64,000 nt of DNA from Rubripirellula sp. (lineage in GTDB: Bacteria; Planctomycetota; Planctomycetia; Pirellulales; Pirellulaceae), in assembly GCA_965216875.1 (NCBI GenBank), contig OZ244207.1:6592001-6656000 (forward strand), read 5' to 3'. This document shows, piece after piece, positions 1-9,082 of the stretch. Position numbers and translations under genes: made by a program. Within the stretch, counting starts at the first letter, position 1, and every line of letters starts with the position of its first letter. Under the pieces are notes generated by a model, which worked only from the letters and a program-made list of their open reading frames with translations, was not told where the DNA came from and searched no databases.

Positions 1-594
1 CAACTGTCACAATCGATCGCGCAATGTGAGTTAGGCGCCGACGCGCCTGCCGACGAGTTTTCAGCCGAGCCCAATGAGGAAGCTCTGGGTGCGTTGGAAT
101 CGATCGGTGCGAGCGACCACCACGAAGCTCCAGCACCAAGCCCACTGCAAACGTTGCCGACGCCGCAACAAGAACTGCCGCCGCAGCAACCCGACTCCCA
201 ACCACAACCCGTTTTGCAACCTGAGTCTCAGGTCGCAGAACCCGTTGCCGCTCCGGTGCAGCCCCCCGCTGCTGAAGTCCAACCCGCTGCTGAAGTCCAA
301 CCGGTTGCTCAGGTCCAACCCGCCGCGCCAACACGCTCAGTTGCTTCGGCGCCTCCAGTTGCTTCGGCGCCTCCAGTTGCTTCGGCGCAGCCCGTTGCTC
401 CAGCTCCAACAGAGCAGTTGCAAGTCACACCGGCCGAGCCAACCGCTCATTCCACTTCGCCAGCTTTGCCCGCTGCCGATCCCTTGCCAACTCCACCTGC
501 GTCGAGCCAACCGGCAGCGTCCGAAACCGAGGACCCGTTCGATCGCTTGGCTGCGATCAAGCAAAGATTGGCCAAGCAAATCGAGAACGCATAA
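1..594 (+). CDS. Partial CDS (5' end outside window): Pro/Ala/Gln-rich low-complexity region ending in a short amphipathic helix; first visible gene of the chemosensory operon
   Basis: Frame 1 is open from base 1 (QLSQSIAQCELGADAP...) to TAA at 592-594. It contains PAAEVQ and VASAPP repeats and ends DPFDRLAAIKQRLAKQIENA, 16 bp before cheW. Confidence 0.75.
   Translation, partial: QLSQSIAQCELGADAPADEFSAEPNEEALGALESIGASDHHEAPAPSPLQTLPTPQQELPPQQPDSQPQPVLQPESQVAEPVAAPVQPPAAEVQPAAEVQPVAQVQPAAPTRSVASAPPVASAPPVASAQPVAPAPTEQLQVTPAEPTAHSTSPALPAADPLPTPPASSQPAASETEDPFDRLAAIKQRLAKQIENA
265..388 (+). repeat. Two short in-frame 18-bp tandem repeat tracts (coding VNTRs)
   Basis: cccgctgctgaagtccaa x2 at 265-300, and cagttgcttcggcgcctc x~2.8 at 338-388. 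Confidence 0.9.
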
Positions 595-610
595 CGCCTG
601 AACAATAAGA

Positions 611-1126
611 ATGCCCATGGTTACTGCAACAGCTGAATCTTCGTCGCACTTGGCCGCGCAAGCGGACAAACACTGCGTCTTTCGATGCGGACAGTCTTGG
701 TTTTCTGTACCGGCCATCGCCGTGCGTGAAATCTCGATTGCACCCTCATTGGTACGCGTGCCCGATTGCCACCACGCACTGGCTGGCCTCTGCCATTTGC
801 GGAGCGAGTTTGTGCCGGTGATCGCTCTCGATGCATTGCTTGATGTTGACCAGCCAGAACCGAAGACGCATGACCGCTTGCTCGTGATCAACGGGACGTC
901 GGTTTGGTCGCTGCTGATCGCGGAAGCCGCCGCACTCGAATCGCTCGAAACCATTGTCTCGCCCGAAGTTCGCGTTGATGAAACCAACCTTTCGGCCGTG
1001 ATGGGAACGGCGATGTTCCGCGAGAACATCGTTCGCGTCCTGAACCCAAACAGCTTGTTCCGACTTGCACAACATGCCCTGGAAGATGCCTGGGGCCGTC
1101 CGCCGCAACTCATTCACAACCCATAG
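611..1126 (+). CDS. cheW: CheW-family chemosensory adaptor
   Basis: Motifs [42 protein letters not shown] and VRVLNP match the CheW pattern; the gene lies next to an MCP and CheA. Confidence 0.9.
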   Translation: MPMVTATAESSSHLAAQADKHCVFRCGQSWFSVPAIAVREISIAPSLVRVPDCHHALAGLCHLRSEFVPVIALDALLDVDQPEPKTHDRLLVINGTSVWSLLIAEAAALESLETIVSPEVRVDETNLSAVMGTAMFRENIVRVLNPNSLFRLAQHALEDAWGRPPQLIHNP

Positions 1127-1145
1127 TGACGTAGGGAGCCTCCCC

Positions 1146-2501
1146 TTGAAACTCCAAGCCCTATTTATGTTGACCCAAGGTGCGACCGCTCTGATCGCAG
1201 CTGGGGCGTTTGTGGCCGCCTTCCAATCTGGCAATCCCGTCATGATTGGCGGCGCTGCCGTGGTCGCGCTGCTTGCAATCGCAGGCACGGCGTGGTGGCT
1301 CAGTCTTCGTGTCCAAGCCGGACTCGATGGCATCGAGCTTGTCGTTGCCGACCACGAGAAAGCCAATCTAATCCGCACCGGCGTTGCAGAGTTCGATGAA
1401 GCTGCGAAACGCGTTGGCCAATGTGCGAGCCAATGGGAATCGGTTGCAGCGAACACTCGAGTGCAAGCACGCGAGTTCCAAGAAATGATGTCGCTGCTAA
1501 GCCGACGCGGTTCGGACCGACCCTCAAGCGAGCAACTTCGCGACGTGTTGTCGGGTCTCGGTAACACGCTTCACACCCACCTGGCTCAAATCGAACGCGG
1601 TGCTACCGAGATCGAACAGTACGCCAAGTCGATCACGGAAGGGGCCGAACACCAAGGCCACGCGGTGATCAAGACGACCGCTTACGTTGAACAGCTTTCA
1701 TCGACGATCGATACCGTCTCGACAAACGCCCAATCGGCTCATTCGGCGATGCAACGCACGAGCGATTCGGCGAGCACAGCGCTCGGTTTGCTCAGCGAAC
1801 TCAGTAGCGGCATGAATCGTGTTCGCAATGAGTCGCAAAACTGTGAAAAGAAGCTTCGCGGACTTTGCGATCCGGCTCGCCAAATCAGCGCGATCGTCGG
1901 AACGATCAGTGACATCGCAGCTCGAACCGACCTGTTGGCATTGAACGCTTCGATCGAATCGATTCGTGCAGGCGAGCACGGCCGCGGATTCGCGATCGTC
2001 GCCGACGAGGTTCGGAAACTGGCCGAGCAAGCGACCGACGCGACACGCGAAATCAGCAGTCTGCTCGATTCGATGCAACTGGTCACGCAAGAGTCGATCC
2101 GAGGGATCGAACGTGAGCGTGAACAAGTTGACGCCGAAGTCGAACGTGCCACGGCAGCGGAGAATGCCCTGCAACGAATCTGTAGTGGTAGCGAATCAGA
2201 CTTGCAAGCGATTCGACACATCGCTGAGTCATCGACACAGCAACTGCAACTTGCTCAAGACGTCGTTCTTGCTGTTGAGCAGATCTCGACGATCGCCAAG
2301 GACAATCGCGGTGGTGCCGAGAACGTTTGTTGGACGATGAAGTCGATCGCTCAAACCAACCCGCAATTCTCGGGCGTGATTGACCGACTTCGCGGTTGTG
2401 GTGACGCCACACAAAACGGCTTCGAAATGGAAGAACCCGCAGCGGTGGTTCCACCGGTCGCAGCGGCAACGCCGGCTCCTGAAATGACACCAGCGGGCTA
2501 A
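1146..2501 (+). CDS. Methyl-accepting chemotaxis protein with a two-TM hairpin and essentially no extracellular sensor domain
   Basis: Hairpin-tip signature [34 protein letters not shown]. Two hydrophobic helices are joined by a few residues (QSGNP). The start is placed at TTG 1146 after GGGAG (1134-1138); the ORF track opens at 1065. Confidence 0.92.
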   Translation: MKLQALFMLTQGATALIAAGAFVAAFQSGNPVMIGGAAVVALLAIAGTAWWLSLRVQAGLDGIELVVADHEKANLIRTGVAEFDEAAKRVGQCASQWESVAANTRVQAREFQEMMSLLSRRGSDRPSSEQLRDVLSGLGNTLHTHLAQIERGATEIEQYAKSITEGAEHQGHAVIKTTAYVEQLSSTIDTVSTNAQSAHSAMQRTSDSASTALGLLSELSSGMNRVRNESQNCEKKLRGLCDPARQISAIVGTISDIAARTDLLALNASIESIRAGEHGRGFAIVADEVRKLAEQATDATREISSLLDSMQLVTQESIRGIEREREQVDAEVERATAAENALQRICSGSESDLQAIRHIAESSTQQLQLAQDVVLAVEQISTIAKDNRGGAENVCWTMKSIAQTNPQFSGVIDRLRGCGDATQNGFEMEEPAAVVPPVAAATPAPEMTPAG

Positions 2502-2512
2502 GAGGCACTGCC

Positions 2513-5263
2513 ATGAATAGCGAACATAACTCCGAAGCGCTGTCATTGGACGAGTCACGCGATCTGCTGAGCGAAGTCCGATGCGCCGCTGATCCACAGA
2601 CCAACCTGCATGAATTCGCAGGCTTGCTCTGTCAGTTGATCGACCTGTACGACCGTGCGGACGACGACCAAATCGCCCAGTTCGTCGGTAGCGGTCTCGA
2701 TGAAGTCCGCCAAGTGATGGACGCCGACGGATCGACTTCACAGAAAATGGAATCGCTCGGCGACGAAGCGATCAACCGCTGGGGCGAGCAACTTTCGTCG
2801 CTCGATGATGGCGACGAGGCTTCAATCGACGCTTGGGAAATGTCTGGCGGCGGCGACGCCGATACGGATTCCGATGCGGCAGACGATGATCTGATCGCAC
2901 CGAGCGCTGATGAAATCGGTTCGTTGTTGGCACAGCTTGGTGGTGGCGCCGCGCCAGCGCCAGAAGCTGCGCCTGCTGCCCAACCTACGGCTCAAGCCTC
3001 GCCCCAACCAACAGCTCAGGCCACACGCCCGACGCCCGTGATCGTCGAAGAGGAAGACGAAGGGCCGGAGATGACGGTCGACAAGCTTGATCCCGAACTT
3101 CGTGAAGCCTTTATGGACGACGCTTCCGGATGTTTGGCATCGATGGAAGATGCGTCGTTGCGATTGGAAGCCAATCCAAGCGACGGCGACTCGCTCAATC
3201 AGATGTGCCGCGAGCTTCACACGCTCAAAGGTGCATCGGCAAGTGTTGGATTGACCTCGCTCGCCGACCAGATGCACAAACTCGAAGATCAATTGAGGGA
3301 CGACCAACAATCGGGTCGAGCACCCGACATCAACGAACTGTTGAAGTGCGTTGATTCGGTGCGTGCTCAAGTGCTGGGCGAAGAGGCGGAGACGGCCGGC
3401 GATGCTCCTGCCCCCGCGCCTTCAGCGGCTCCCTCGCCGGCGCCGACGCAAACAACGGCTCCCGCCCCAGCGGCTTCGAAACCGGCTGCCCCTGCAACGC
3501 CGGCACCCGCCAAGTTGACCGGCTTTTCGGGCGAAGCGGCAAGCGATGACGAATCCGTTCGCGTGAAAGCATCGCAGCTGAATCGTTTGATGGACATGTT
3601 GGCCGAACTGGTCATGCTGCGTAACCGCCGCGAAACCGAGTTGGCGGATCTGCAAGAGATCTATCACGAATTGATCGGCAGCGTTTCCAAGATGCGTCTG
3701 TTGAGCAACGAAGGTCACATCGAATCGACGGCGACCAAGTCGGTTCAACTTTCCGAAGTTGCCAATGATGTTTTGGAAGCGGCTCAGCACCTTCGCAACT
3801 GTGCACGACCCGTTGCCGAAGCAAATACAGCCGTTTCCGGCTTCATCCGTCAGTTTCGTCAAGAACTGGTCGAACTGCGTCGTACTCCCGTATCGGGATT
3901 GTTTCGCCGCTTGCAACGCGTCGTTCGCGATGCCGCTCAAGCCGAAGCGAAACAGGTACGGTTGGAACTTGTTGGCGAAGATGCCGGCATCGAACGCTCG
4001 CTCCAGCAACGACTTTATGAGCCGCTGCTGCACATCGTTCGTAACTGTGTTTGCCACGGTATCGAAGACGCCGAGGGGCGTGCGCGTTCTGGGAAAGACC
4101 CTGTTGGCACGATCACTTTGGAAGCCAACTCGGGCCCCGAACTGTTCACGATCGAAATCCGCGACGATGGCAAAGGCCTCGACTACGACGCGATTCGCCG
4201 ACGCGGTATCGAGTCGGGTTTGATTTCGGCCAACCAAGTGCCGACGCGCGAAGAATTGTCGCAGCTGATTTTCCAACCCGGGTTTTCGACCCGTCAAACC
4301 GCCAACCAGGTTGCGGGCCGCGGCGTTGGAATGGACGTTGTCGCATCGACCCTGCAACGCATGCGAGGCTGGTTGGAAGTCGATTCCGAACCGAATAAGG
4401 GAACGCGAATCCGTTTGAGCTTCCCGCTACCCTCGGTCATTCAACACGCGATGGTCTTCCGGTCGGCCGGGCAATTGTTCGCTTTGCCGATGCAATCGGT
4501 TCAAACCGCTGGCGATACCTCGGAAAAAACTCTCTGTTTGGCATTGTCGAATCTGCTTGGAAGCGACGCGGTGATCGAGCCAGAGAATTGCCAACGCATC
4601 ACCTTGGCCGATGACAACGCCAAGTCGGTCACCTTGCTTGTTGACGAGATTGTCGGACCCGAAGAACTCGTGGTTCGACCACTGCCAACCCTGTTGAAAC
4701 AACATCCGTTCTGTGGCGGTGCGACGTTGTCGGGGATGGGCGAAACCGTCCTGCTTCTAGATGCACACCGAGTGGTCGAGTCGCAGTCACGCCGTATGCG
4801 AAGTTTGGACTTGTCGGCTGCAGCGGCTGGCCCGGCACCACAACGACCTCGCGTGTTGGTTGTCGACGATTCGCTGAGTGCGCGCAAACGCGTCGTTCGC
4901 TCACTGCGGCGATACGCCGTTGACATCGTCGAAGCATCTGACGGCAAAGAAGCACTCGAGATCCTCAAACGTGATGCCTTTGTCGCGATCTTTAGCGATA
5001 TGGAAATGCCACACGTCACGGGGATGGAGTTGCTTGCGGAAGTGAACGCCGAATCGGCAATCGATCCACCGCCGGTTGTGATCATCAGCAGCCGCAACGA
5101 AGACGAATTCACTGGCCGCGCACGCGAGCTCGGCGCGACCGACTACTTGATTAAACCACTTGCCGACGAAGCTCTTGACGGAGCCCTCGCCAGCATTCCG
5201 GCCTTGAGCCACCTGTTAACTGATTATGCGTCAACACTGCAAACGAGCGGAGAGATTCAATGA
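2513..5263 (+). CDS. cheA: Hybrid CheA histidine kinase (Hpt-dimerisation-HATPase-CheW-REC), FrzE/ChpA-like architecture
   Basis: Hpt RELHTLKGASASVG; N-box HIVRNCVCHGIE; G1 DDGKG; F-box IFQPGFST; G2 GRGVGMDVV; a CheW domain; C-terminal REC VLVVDDS...IFSDMEMP...LIKP. Confidence 0.93.
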   Translation: MNSEHNSEALSLDESRDLLSEVRCAADPQTNLHEFAGLLCQLIDLYDRADDDQIAQFVGSGLDEVRQVMDADGSTSQKMESLGDEAINRWGEQLSSLDDGDEASIDAWEMSGGGDADTDSDAADDDLIAPSADEIGSLLAQLGGGAAPAPEAAPAAQPTAQASPQPTAQATRPTPVIVEEEDEGPEMTVDKLDPELREAFMDDASGCLASMEDASLRLEANPSDGDSLNQMCRELHTLKGASASVGLTSLADQMHKLEDQLRDDQQSGRAPDINELLKCVDSVRAQVLGEEAETAGDAPAPAPSAAPSPAPTQTTAPAPAASKPAAPATPAPAKLTGFSGEAASDDESVRVKASQLNRLMDMLAELVMLRNRRETELADLQEIYHELIGSVSKMRLLSNEGHIESTATKSVQLSEVANDVLEAAQHLRNCARPVAEANTAVSGFIRQFRQELVELRRTPVSGLFRRLQRVVRDAAQAEAKQVRLELVGEDAGIERSLQQRLYEPLLHIVRNCVCHGIEDAEGRARSGKDPVGTITLEANSGPELFTIEIRDDGKGLDYDAIRRRGIESGLISANQVPTREELSQLIFQPGFSTRQTANQVAGRGVGMDVVASTLQRMRGWLEVDSEPNKGTRIRLSFPLPSVIQHAMVFRSAGQLFALPMQSVQTAGDTSEKTLCLALSNLLGSDAVIEPENCQRITLADDNAKSVTLLVDEIVGPEELVVRPLPTLLKQHPFCGGATLSGMGETVLLLDAHRVVESQSRRMRSLDLSAAAAGPAPQRPRVLVVDDSLSARKRVVRSLRRYAVDIVEASDGKEALEILKRDAFVAIFSDMEMPHVTGMELLAEVNAESAIDPPPVVIISSRNEDEFTGRARELGATDYLIKPLADEALDGALASIPALSHLLTDYASTLQTSGEIQ

Positions 5264-6879
5264 GCGACAAAACGGTATTGGTGATCGACGACAGCGCGAC
5301 GATACGTAAGCTGGTCGATACACACCTGAGTCCTGTCGGCTACCGCGTCGTGCTTGCACCCAACGCAGAAGATGGTCTTGAGTTGGCAGCGGAGGTCGGA
5401 CCGGACCTGATCCTGTTGGACCACCAGCTTCCCGGCACGACGGGGTACGATGTCGCATCGCAACTGGCAGCGACGCCTGAATTGGCCGCGATCCCAGTGG
5501 TGATCAGCTCGACGCTTCGCAAAAAGGCCTACGCCGAATACATCGACTTGGACAATGTCGTTGACATGTTGCCCAAGCCCTACACCGAAGACCTGTTGCG
5601 CACGACTGTCGCCAACGCTCTTGAAACGGCTGCGATGATTGTCGGATCGCAATCGCAAGGGTCGGCAGTTCCTGAAGTCATCAATCAACTTGATGAAGCT
5701 GCGTTGACGGGCACGCTGGCCTACTTTGGCCTTCGTGAGCTATTGGACTTTTTGAACAACGGTCGCAAAGTTGGTGTCCTTGAAGTCGAAGCGGATCGTA
5801 CTCGAATTCGTTTCCACTTGGACAAGGGTCGGATTCAAGGTGTTTACGCATCGGGCATCGATGGCGCACAGATCGACGAAATGGTCAATCGATTGCCAAA
5901 GTCGTTGGCCAACCTTGCACCGGTCATGAAAATGACCATCGGCGGACGCAGCTGTGCGGAAGTTGACGGCTTCGTCCAGCTCCTCGACCAGAAAGTGCTC
6001 GATCCGCGGTTGATGACAAAGCTGTTGCGTTACCAGGCTGCGATGTTGGTCCGCTATGCCTTTACCCAGCAATTGAAACTGTTCCGATTCGAAGCGGGCC
6101 ACATCGAAAACACGTTGCACAAGAACTTGCCGCTCGACATCTCGCTGCTCGCGTTGCTTGTCGAAGGTTGCATTCACGGCGAAGCCGAAAACCAAGCGGG
6201 CGGTCAGAACGAGACATTCGTGCGCCGAGCCATTCGTGGCCAGAACCTTGACCGCGCAGGGCTTTCAGCTCGTCACATGAAAGTGTTGAACGCCCTTTCG
6301 GATCCGAAGGGTACGGACGAGCTTTCCGCATCGCTTGGCTGGGACGAGGATGAAGTCCGTCAGGTGCTTGCTGGATTTGAAATGGCCGAATTGGTTGAAC
6401 GCCGAGCTCAAGCGGTCGCGGGTCAATTCGTTGTTTATGAACCCGATTCGGTGCAAGCTCAAGCGTTGCGATCATCGCTCGAAGATTCGGACAACCGATA
6501 CTCCGGCAAAGTCGTTCGCGACAAGCTCGCGATGCAATTGGTTCTTAAACGCTCCGTTCCCCACACGCTCATCTTCTCGGTTGATGAGGATGCGTCGTGC
6601 GAGTTGATTCGCCAACTCTTTGCAACGGAAAACCCCAACGCTGCACGCGTCAAGCGAATCGCTATCGCTTCGGGTGACAGTAACGACACCAATTGGGAAG
6701 AGCGGCTTGGCTTCACGCCGGACGACGTGATCTCGCGTCCATGCACCGCCGAGTTGATGTTCCGCTCGATGGATCGTCTGCTCGGTGCGAACCAAAACGA
6801 ACACGACGGGGCCATCGTGGACATCGTTTCAAGTGCCGGCGGAGTCGGTGCGGCTCAAGCCACAGGAGTGGAAGCATGA
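5260..6879 (+). CDS. Response regulator: REC + DUF4388/PATAN-like domain + wHTH-like segment + degenerate C-terminal REC
   Basis: REC VLVIDDS...LILLDHQLPG...LPKPY. LTGTLAYFGLRELLDFLNNGRKVGVLEV..RFHLDKGRI resembles DUF4388. The start overlaps the cheA stop (ATGA). Confidence 0.85.
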   Translation: MSDKTVLVIDDSATIRKLVDTHLSPVGYRVVLAPNAEDGLELAAEVGPDLILLDHQLPGTTGYDVASQLAATPELAAIPVVISSTLRKKAYAEYIDLDNVVDMLPKPYTEDLLRTTVANALETAAMIVGSQSQGSAVPEVINQLDEAALTGTLAYFGLRELLDFLNNGRKVGVLEVEADRTRIRFHLDKGRIQGVYASGIDGAQIDEMVNRLPKSLANLAPVMKMTIGGRSCAEVDGFVQLLDQKVLDPRLMTKLLRYQAAMLVRYAFTQQLKLFRFEAGHIENTLHKNLPLDISLLALLVEGCIHGEAENQAGGQNETFVRRAIRGQNLDRAGLSARHMKVLNALSDPKGTDELSASLGWDEDEVRQVLAGFEMAELVERRAQAVAGQFVVYEPDSVQAQALRSSLEDSDNRYSGKVVRDKLAMQLVLKRSVPHTLIFSVDEDASCELIRQLFATENPNAARVKRIAIASGDSNDTNWEERLGFTPDDVISRPCTAELMFRSMDRLLGANQNEHDGAIVDIVSSAGGVGAAQATGVEA

Positions 6880-8291
6880 TTTCACAAGACACTCAATCAA
6901 CCGTCACGTTGACCGCACGTCATCGCGGCGGCGCCATCAAGAAACACGACCTTTGCAAAGACCAGGGCGTCTTTGTGGGGACATCGTCCAACTGCGGTCT
7001 GCAACTTGACGGCGAAGGTCTGTCAGAAATCCACTGCCGTCTCGAGTTCAATGAAGGCGAGCTGTGGGTTCAGGACTGGATGTCGGCCAACGGAACCTCG
7101 GTCAACGGAAACGCGATCGACGGAAACCACAAGGTTGGTTCGGGCGATGTGATCCGAATCGGTGACTACGAAATCACGCTCGGCGAGTTTTCAGCACCGG
7201 CGTCGACCCAAAACGAAGACCTGGGGCAAAACGACTTCGCTCAGGCCAACACGCAGACTTCGCTTGACGAGCCAGCGACGAGCGACGACGCGAGCGCAAG
7301 CTATGCCGACGAACCGGCCGGTTTCGAGGATGGAAGCGATGCTGATTCGACGGAGTCGGCCGATCAAGAGCCTGCTTTCGACGAACCGGCAAACGACAGT
7401 TTTGCCGCCGAAGAGCCCCAAATGGACTTTTCGTCGGACTTCTTCGACATCGAAGAAGAAGAGACCTACGACCGCGAAACGGTCGCGTTGCTGCAAGCCG
7501 AAATCGAAGACCTGCAAGCACAGCTTGCACAACGCGATGCCGAAGCGACGCATACGCCAGCCGCTTCCGAACACGTTGATCGAAATCCAGAAGACTCGGA
7601 TGAAGTCCTGGCGCGAATGCAGGAATTGATCGACGAAGCCAACCGAAGTGACGAACGCGTTGGCATCCTCGAAGAACTGCTTCATGCGGCCGAGGAAGCG
7701 AATCGTTCCGAACAAGAAGAGCGAGGTCAATTGGAAGCCTGGGTCGGTGACATCGAACGACGAATCGGCCAACGCGAAGAAGAGCACGCAGCCGAACTCG
7801 AGGCATTGCGAGCGCGTTTGGAAGAGGCCAACGACGAACAGGATCGTTTGCAACGTCAACTGCGCCAGGTTGCCGCTAGCGGTGGCGGTGGCGGAGCTGC
7901 GCCAAAGCAATACGAAGAAACGCTCGAGAAATTGCAGCAATCCAATCGCGAACTGCAGGAAGAACTTGGTGAGTCGCAAAAGCAGATCCGCCAACTCGAA
8001 CAACGCGCCGAAGAGCAATCGGAATTGAGCGAGTCGGCGCTGCGTGAAGAGCGAGCCAAGCTGGCCAAAGAACAAGCCGAGCTTTCACGGATGCGGTTCG
8101 AGATTTCGAGCAAGATCAAGGACGTCGAAGAGATGCCGAAGTCCGAAAACGCTCAAGATCGTGAAACGGCGGCCCGCATTCAAACCTTGCGACAGCACCT
8201 GCGTGAAATCCACGAACAGGAAAAGCAAGAGGAACGCGAAGCACCTTTGACGTCTCGCTTGAAGAAGCTCTGGAAACGCGTCGAGTACTAG
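6876..8291 (+). CDS. FHA-domain protein with an acidic linker and a long coiled coil
   Basis: FHA motifs VFVGTSSNC..LSEIHC..VQDWMSANGTSVNG..GDVIRIG, followed by E/Q/R-rich heptads. ATG 6876 overlaps the upstream TGA after a GGAG; the ORF track opens at 6693. Confidence 0.85.
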   Translation: MISQDTQSTVTLTARHRGGAIKKHDLCKDQGVFVGTSSNCGLQLDGEGLSEIHCRLEFNEGELWVQDWMSANGTSVNGNAIDGNHKVGSGDVIRIGDYEITLGEFSAPASTQNEDLGQNDFAQANTQTSLDEPATSDDASASYADEPAGFEDGSDADSTESADQEPAFDEPANDSFAAEEPQMDFSSDFFDIEEEETYDRETVALLQAEIEDLQAQLAQRDAEATHTPAASEHVDRNPEDSDEVLARMQELIDEANRSDERVGILEELLHAAEEANRSEQEERGQLEAWVGDIERRIGQREEEHAAELEALRARLEEANDEQDRLQRQLRQVAASGGGGGAAPKQYEETLEKLQQSNRELQEELGESQKQIRQLEQRAEEQSELSESALREERAKLAKEQAELSRMRFEISSKIKDVEEMPKSENAQDRETAARIQTLRQHLREIHEQEKQEEREAPLTSRLKKLWKRVEY

Positions 8292-8373
8292 ACGAAGACG
8301 AACGGCACCTCGGTCAATGTGTTGGCCGAGGCTTGAAAACAGCATCAATGATTGATTGCCCCACCACAAAACC

Positions 8374-9039
8374 ATGAACACGCATCCATCGACGACCGAT
8401 TTGCACAGTCTGGATCTCGCCACGGCGACTCCAGAAGCAATCGTCGCTGCGCTCGAAGAGGTGATCGCAGACGTTAACACGTTTCTGGCTGACTTTTGCG
8501 TGCGTGTCGGGCGGCAATCCGTTCCGGCCGAATCGCAAGACAAGCCGAATGAAGCGAAGTTGCGACGCGCGATCGAGGACCTGAAGGTCGAACGCGACCT
8601 TTGGGAAGCACGAAAGCAAAACGAAGAGGCTCGGATTCAAGAGAAGATCGACCAGCTGTCTGCAGCTTGGTTGCGACTTGAAGAAGAACAACGCGCGTTT
8701 TTGCAGATGACTCAAGGAAACCCGACGGCCGCTCACCGCGCCGCCGCGAATCCACCGACGACGGCTCAGCCTGCACCCACCGTGCAAGCCCCGTCACACC
8801 CAATGGCGGCTCCTTCGACGGCAGCACAACCGGTGCGCAGTCCCAGTGAGCTTATTGACCAGGCGCCTGCCGCTGCGGCAACGCCAAGTCAGCTTGTACG
8901 AACCACCCCGGAAACGCGACCAGTCGCGCCGCCTGTGCCAGAACAAGGTACGGCCAAGCCACGCGAGGACGCGGTTCTTCAATTTCAACGACTTCGACAA
9001 GAGATTGAGTCGAGTCGACCAAAGTCAGGCCAGCACTAA
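8374..9039 (+). CDS. Hypothetical coiled-coil protein with a Pro/Ala/Thr linker and a C-terminal helix
   Basis: Same-strand ORF within the operon, with a helical segment (KLRRAIEDLKVERDLW...EEEQRAFL). Start is uncertain (8356 or 8374). Confidence 0.7.
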   Translation: MNTHPSTTDLHSLDLATATPEAIVAALEEVIADVNTFLADFCVRVGRQSVPAESQDKPNEAKLRRAIEDLKVERDLWEARKQNEEARIQEKIDQLSAAWLRLEEEQRAFLQMTQGNPTAAHRAAANPPTTAQPAPTVQAPSHPMAAPSTAAQPVRSPSELIDQAPAAAATPSQLVRTTPETRPVAPPVPEQGTAKPREDAVLQFQRLRQEIESSRPKSGQH

Positions 9040-9082
9040 GCTAGCCAATGTCATTCACGCTTTTTAAGCGGGAGAAACAAGA

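Noticed and set aside
74..601. Alternative 175-aa Arg/Leu-rich ORF in frame 2
   Set aside because: It is a shadow of the frame-1 Pro/Ala-rich CDS, which is open from base 1 and has the more plausible composition.
6693..6875. N-terminal extension of the FHA ORF given by the ORF track
   Set aside because: It overlaps the REC-DUF4388 gene by about 190 bp; ATG 6876 with an RBS and ATGA coupling is the better start.
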